From: the human T2T-CHM13v2.0 reference genome, Homo sapiens
NCBI RefSeq assembly: GCF_009914755.1
Contig: NC_060935.1
Reading direction: 5' to 3' (one strand)
DNA length: 64,000 nt
Below are positions 57,536 through 64,000 of the stretch, piece by piece; position 1 is the stretch's first letter; each line of letters starts with the position of its first letter. Below the pieces are notes generated by a model. The model was given only the letters and a program-made list of their open reading frames with translations, was not told where the DNA came from and made no database searches. The translations under genes and the position numbers were made by a program.

Positions 57536-58786
57536 TGGATCTGATCATAATCCTGAAAGAAATAATCCTGATTGCTGAAATCTCAAAATATCAAAATCTC
57601 CAAAGTCCAAAACTCCAAAAATTACAGTACCAAAAGGCCAAAATACAGAAAATACATTTCTGAAAAAAATATTTAAAATATATTTATTTACATTTAAAAA
57701 GGGGATTTATTTGAGAAATATAAAAAGCATAGCAGAACATTTCATAAGCCACTTTACACAATAAAATATATAATAATGACATACATATTTTTGCAAGCAT
57801 AAATGCAAAGGCATATATTAACAACAATCACAGGGGTATAATAGTTACTGAGCAAACAAACAGTATACATAAAAAGATAAGTCAAAAAGGGAAATGTATA
57901 AATGCATGAAGCTATAGTCAGTAATTGTATGCACTCAGCTTTATAACTGCAATTATCTGAAATACTGTTTTGAGCAACCTAAGCCTTTTGATGAGATCAG
58001 TCAAATAGTGTGATGAGTCATCACCACATATAGTCACCTAAAGAGCCGAGATCTCAAGAAATTTTGTCTTCACAACTGCAGATGTACCTAAAGGATATTT
58101 CTTCATTTACCAAGGAAGTTTCAGTGTTTCTACATACACGCATATGTTTACACACAAAGTCAATTTTGTGATAATGCATTTTCATGGAGTTAAATTTCCG
58201 ATGTCCAAGGGAGCAGTAGAAAAGTCTGTCCTAGCTTTCAGTAAAAGACTAATTTGGCTTCTGTATCTGTTCCCTCTGGGCCCCTGGCTGATTCGATGGT
58301 GCCCAGCAACATTGAGGGTAGATATTTCCCACCCAGTCCTCTTACACGCACACACTGATCTCCTCTGGAAATACCCTCACGGACACATCCAAAATAATAT
58401 TTTACCAGGTTTCTAGCTATTCCTTAATCCAGTCAAGTTGACACCTAAAATTAAGTCCACAAGTTCACCCCTTGTCAATTTGGCAACCATAAGCATCTCC
58501 TTAAACTATACTTCATTTCCAAATAAAGACAATAACAAAGTAATAGTTTCATCTAACATGATGCAACCGTCCTGCAGACAGGCAAAAATGTACTAATGTA
58601 CTAATCTATTCTTCAGAATTTGACTTTCATAATTTCAACACTTGGGATTTTAATTTTTGGGAGATTGCAATTTTTGAGGTTTTAGATTTCAGGGATATGA
58701 ACATTAAGAATTTTTAACTTTTGGGACTTCAACTTTCTGAATTATGGTATTCGGGATTGTATCTTTTGAGATTCTGACCCAAACTC
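57536..58786. mobile_element. Ricksha-type (MULE/MuDR) non-autonomous DNA transposon carrying an LTR-element fragment
   Basis: Terminal inverted repeats (GGATCTGATCATAATCCTGAAAGA ... TCTTTTGAGATTCTGACCCAAACTC); 9-bp TSD ATCTGCAAT (57527-57535) / ATCTGAAAT (58787-58795). Confidence 0.8.
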
Positions 58787-60010
58787 ATCTGAAATGAAGT
58801 GTGCAGTAATCAATGAAAAACAGTTTCAAGGATACCTGTCTATAAATAATACTATAAATCATTTGCCTTTAATATGGAAATACATAGAACAGAATTGGCA
58901 TTTTCAACATTATAAAATTGGAGCAACCCCTGTTTTTTTCTGCTGCTTGGAGTGCTGTGTCTTTTGTTTTTTGTTTTTGTTTGTTTGTTTTTTGTATATT
59001 TATTCCTATCCTATCTGCTGGTAAGCACAAATTAATCCTCAAATCCTTGGTCAAGTTCTAGATCAGTAGTGGAAGCAGCGGCAACTCAGTGTGTAGTGTG
59101 CTCCTTGATAACATTGCTGTTTTGTCTCCTCCCTCTAAAGTCTCAGAATCACATATAAGCAGATATCATTTTACTTACACTAAAATACACTGAATGAATT
59201 AAAAGTCCTAGTCTCAATTTGGAGACCTCTGTATTTCAATTAAGTGATTACATGAAATGTATATAAAACCCACTCTCACAACATTACTTAGAACTTATGA
59301 AATTATAGATTTTTAGGAGAGTCATAAGGTTGCTTTCTTATTTATCAATAGAAAAATATATATAAAGCAAATATTTAAACCTGATTAGAAGCGTGCTGGG
59401 TTAGGACAGATGATAGAGGCAGAAACTCCTAGTGGTCACTGTTGCTTTCTCACAGATGCCCATTGCAAGCTCAGTGGTTTCACATATCTCTACCCCCAAA
59501 CAACTTATTTCAATGTGTAAGGCAGTAATTCTATAATTCAGGAAAATGTTACCTAAAAGCCAGATCCAGGTACGGGATTTTAATTTTTTTCTGTGTTGAA
59601 ATAGTAATTCGGGTTTAGCACTTGGTTGATTTCCGAAAGTTGGCACAACTCTGGACTTCGATCCTGCATTTACATACATTGTTGGACTTTTTGACAAGTT
59701 GGGGTACTGGCATGCATTTTAATCACTTGGAGAACAGAGTCAAACAAAAAGCATGTGAACTTCTGGGTTGAGCTGGTGCAAAGGCAAAGTAGCAACTGTG
59801 ACATTAGTAAGCTAAACAGAAAGTTGATAAATAGTTGAGCCCACATGTCAAAGTACAGGGGAAATAGAAACAGAACACACTTACCAGAGTTTTGCTGCTG
59901 TGTAAATGTAAGAATTTATCCTCATCTGCCAAGTCTCATCCTGCCTAACAGATGCTTTCCCATTAGCCAAGAAAGCCCTGGGGATTCCAACTCAGCAGAA
60001 TGTACTTAAA

Positions 60011-60541
60011 TTCCTATCTACCAATAATAGACAAACAGAGAGCCAAATCATGAGTGAACTCCCATTAACAACTGCTACGAAGAGAATAAAATACTTAGGA
60101 ATACAACTTACAAGGGATGTGAAGGACCTCTTCAAGGAGAACTACAAACCACTGGTCAAGGAAATAAGAGAGGACACAAACAAATGGAAAAACACTCCAT
60201 GCTCATGGATAGGAAGAACCAATATCATGAAAATGGCCATACTGCCCAAAGTAATTTATAGATTCAATGCTATCCCCATCAAGCTACCATTGACTTTCTT
60301 CACAGAGTTAGAAAAAACTACTTTAAATTTCATATGGAACCAAATAAGAGCCCATATAGCCAAGACAATCCTAAGCAAAAAGAACAAAGCCGGAGGCATC
60401 ATACTACCTGACTTCAAACTATACTACAAGGCTACAGTAACCAAAACAGCATGGTACTGTACCAAAACGGATATATAGACCGATGGAACAGAACAGAGGC
60501 CTCAGAAATAATGCCAAACATCTACAACCTTCTGATCTTTG
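60011..60541 (+). mobile_element. Internal L1PA ORF2 fragment without a 3' end
   Basis: ORF 60050-60478 translates to L1 ORF2 ([23 protein letters not shown]...). Confidence 0.92.
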
Positions 60542-60626
60542 TCCTTGCTTTTTATGACGTGTTATTTACAGAGGTTCAATAAGAACCTGACTTCTTTTGA
60601 AGCATGATACAATTTGAAAGATTGAT

Positions 60627-62025
60627 ACACTGTCTTCACAATAGTTGAACTAATTTACACTCTTACCAATGGTGTAAAAGCGTTCCTTTTTCTCCACAAC
60701 CTCACCAGCATCTGTTGGTTTTTAATTTTTTAATTATAGCAATTCTGACTGGTGTGAGATGGCATCTCATCGTGGTTTTGATTTGCATTTCTCTAATGAT
60801 CAGTGAGGTTGAGCTTTTTTTCATGTTTGTTGGCTGCTTGTATGTCTTCTTTTGAGAAGTATCTATTCATGTCCTTTGACCACTTTTTAAGGGGGTTGAT
60901 TTTTTTCTTGTAAATTTGTTTAAGTTCCCATAGACGCTGGATATTAGATTTTTGCCAGATGGTCAGATTGCAAAAAATTTCTCTCATTATGTAGGTTGTC
61001 TCTTTACTCTGTTGATAGTTTCTTTTGCTGTGCAGAAGCTCTTTAGTTTAATTAGATCCCATTTGTCAATTTTTGGTTTTGTTGCAATTGCTTTTCGTAT
61101 CTTTGTCATGAAATCTTTGCCCAAGCCTATGTTCTTAATGGTATTGCCTAGGTTTTCTTCTAAGGTTTTTATAATTTTGAGTTTTACAGGTAAGTCTTTA
61201 ATCCATCTTGAGTTGATTTTTATATATGGTGTAAGGGGGACTTCCAGTTTCAATTTTCTGCATAATGGCTAGCCAGTTTTCCTAGCACCATTTATTAAAT
61301 AAGGAATCCTTTCCCCATTGCTTATTTTTGTCAGGTTTGTTGAAGATCAGATGGTTGTAGGTATATGGTCTTATTTCTGGACTGTCTATTCTGTTCCATT
61401 GGTTTATGTGTCTGTTCTTGTACCAGTATTATGGAAGACAGTGTGGTGATTCCTCAAAGACCTAGAGGCAAAAATATCGTTCAACCCAGCAATCCCATTA
61501 CTCGGTATATACCTAAAGGAATATAAATTATTCTATTATAAATATACGTGCACACATATGTTCATTGCAGTACCATTCATAATAGCAAAAACATGGAATA
61601 AACCTAAATGCTCACAAATGATAGACTGGATAAAGAAACTGTGGTACATACACACCATGGAATACTATGCAGCTGTAAAATGAATGAGATCATGTCCTTC
61701 GCAGCGACAAGGATGGAGCTAGAGACCATTATCATTAGCAAATTACCACAGGAACAGAAAACCAAATACTTTGTGTTCTCATTTATAAGTGGAGGCTGAA
61801 TTATGGGAACACATGGACACATGCAGGGGAACAACACACACTGGGACCTGTTGGAGAGTTGGGGGTTGAGAGGAGAGAAAGAATTAGGAAGAATAGCTAA
61901 TGGATGTTGGGCTTAATACTTAGGTGATGGAATGATCTGTGTAGCAAATCAACATGGTACACATTTACCTATGTAACAAACCTGTCCACATGCTGCACAT
62001 GTACCGCTGAACTGAAAATTAAAGT
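60627..62025 (+). mobile_element. Older L1 with 5' inversion (antisense 60627-61428, sense 61429-62025)
   Basis: Antisense ORF2 segment joined to the sense 3' end; both pieces meet at the same L1 position (GAAGACAGTGTG shared); flanks AAAGATTGAT / AAAGTTGAT. Confidence 0.85.
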
Positions 62026-62560
62026 TGATTATCCAACAAAGGACTTTCCTGGAGTATCACATTGGAGAATGTTTAATCAGATATGACCAGCCACTTTTAA
62101 GGAACTATAGTTGACTTTATGGATCCAATGCTGACAAATCTCTCCCAAGTAAGCCAGCCTCTTATCTGGCTTATGTGGTCTAGCCCTTAGAAGTGCTAAG
62201 AAAGATCACATCCTAGCAAGCCGAGATCCTTGGGATATTTTGTGGACTTTGAGAAAATAAAATATTACATTAAATTATAGATACCTAAAGGAGCAATTTG
62301 ATGAAGAGAGTTTCTTGAACTAGGATTTCTAGATTAGGTACAGATATAAAAGTGGCTTTTAAATGTCTGATTTGAGATTCCTTATGAAAATTTTTAAGAA
62401 GGTTAAGGAGGCTTAGATGATAAATTAACTTTTTCCTTTCCTTACATAGATAATGAGGCCAAGTTTAATGAAAGTATTGTTTTGTGGTCAATATTAATCT
62501 TTCTTTGAGATGATTCTTTTTAATAAAAACTAGAAAGACTACAGGGAAAAGTTGTGTTTT
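62026..62560. mobile_element. ERV1 (MER4-group) internal relic, continuous with ~60545-60626
   Basis: TTTAAGGAACTATAGTTGACTTTATGGATCCAATGCT resembles MER4-group internal sequence (recall). Confidence 0.5.
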
Positions 62561-63039
62561 GATGGAAAAGTATGCATTGCTTAGAGCACACCCTTCTGGG
62601 TTATCTGATTCCAAACAGATGGGGAATTTGTTCTTTCGTTGCCTTTGAGACATTTTACAACTCCGTAAGTTTTATTGGTTAACAGGAATCAAAGTAATTC
62701 ATGTATGGAGACACGTAACTAAATTCTGTCTCATAGAGGTTCCATGGACTTTCTTCTACTGTGGAAGCATCCATTCCTATACTTATATGCAAATTCACAT
62801 CAACATTCCTCCTATGACTATGTCTGTTCTGTGAATTCTCCTTCTAAGTAGTTGTAGCATTTGCCACATTTCCTCACTTAAAAAATAAATTACATGAGAA
62901 CATCTTTAATGGATTTTTTATACCGTTTAAGCACCATGATTTGCCTTTTTATAAAAATTAAGTGGTTTACATTTTTGTATGGGAGAGAGAAAAAATATGT
63001 ACAGTACAATGAGTTATGCATTAGTGTTAAAAATTATTC

Positions 63040-64000
63040 ATGACGCTTTTTAAGAAACCTTAAGGAAGACTTTATTCATGGAGACTATGACAATAGCTAT
63101 GGGGGTGACTACTACAGTGTGCTCTTACAATAGGGAAAAGAGATTAGACTCAACAAATACAGAAGGAAAAGGAGGACTTTATAGCCAAAAACAGAGCAGT
63201 GATGGGCAGGAGGAGTTGGTGGGTAGAAAATTGCTAAGAGGAAACATCAGGGGTATGGGTGCAGGTGTACTCTGGCCACACTGCTCTAACAGCTTGCCAC
63301 TGCCATCCTCACTCCACTATCCACCAGGGTGATCAGGCATCATCGGGGGAATGGTAGAGGATAAGGTGCCTGATTCGATATCTCCAGTGATTAGATATGG
63401 AGGGTGAATGGCTCTGGTTAAACTGATTTAGCAAGATTCTTGCTAAATTGAACAATACAGAGATAAACACAGAAATCCTAAAGTTGAGGCTAGCTAAGAA
63501 GAGAGTTCAGAGATGGCTGAGTAGAACTTGGTCAAGGTGAGACTCTCTGTCATCAACCCTCTTGTTCAAGGAAATAAGAGAGATTCTTCTTTAGTGTGAA
63601 CAACGTTAGTTCATTTTCTTAGTCGTCTTTTTTTCATCAAGGAAACGCTGTCTTATCTGTTACGATGTTAGTCCATTTTGTTCATTAAGGACAAGCTATC
63701 TTATCTGTTGAGACTTTGTAGTCAAGGATATTTGCTGGATGGTGCAAGCTGTCAGGCCTTTAATGAAGGGAATTCCTGTGAAAGCTTTTTTAAAAGATTG
63801 ATAGTTGAAACTCTCAGAGGGCAGCTAGTAGGGATTTCTACCTGTTGAGCTCAATGTATCTTTAGATGGTGGAGTGAGGATGGCAGTGGCAATATGACTA
63901 AAGGTTTTGTTTGCATTTGCAAGGCCTCTAGTGATAGTGTCAGGTGATTTGGTAAATTTCTGAGTGGTTCACACACCAGCAGGCAAGAAGATATACTTTG
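63040..64000 (-). mobile_element. MER31/MER67-family LTR (~63040-63552) plus adjoining internal sequence running off the window
   Basis: Minus strand starts TGACAGAGAGTCTCACCTTGACCAAG...TTTAGCAAGAATCTTGCTAA, preceded by purine-rich AAGAGGGTTGA. Confidence 0.7.

Noticed and set aside
60614-60627. TTGAAAGATTGATA also occurs at 41987-42000, both next to L1 ends
   Set aside because: An AT-rich 14-mer match is expected by chance in 64 kb and the flanks do not extend

Overview
Human-type (primate) genomic DNA from the class I olfactory receptor cluster on 11p15.4, recognised from the proteins. It holds four single-exon OR51 ORFs (OR51A7 +, OR51G2 -, OR51G1 -, OR51A4-like -) and one in-frame OR51A pseudogene with two nonsense codons (probably OR51A3P). 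The rest is AT-rich sequence full of Alu, L1, L2/MIR, LTR/ERVL and DNA-transposon relics. From memory, the cluster lies in the large 5' intron of MMP26; no MMP26 exon is visible here. I found no convincing new biological system. The most notable observations are: (1) only one OR51A2/OR51A4-type gene is present, matching the known deletion/hybrid haplotype; (2) an ~80-bp-arm hairpin whose inner 57 bp are almost perfect; (3) a 26-nt exact copy of a nearby Alu placed just upstream of the OR51A4 splice acceptor; (4) an ancient ~0.95-kb tandem duplication that keeps a splice donor in both copies, each copy showing the empty site of the other's insertions; (5) an L1 with a short 3' transduction; (6) a DRY->DRS allele of OR51G1. 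Repeat subfamily names, gene symbols and comparisons with the reference come from recall, not from searches.
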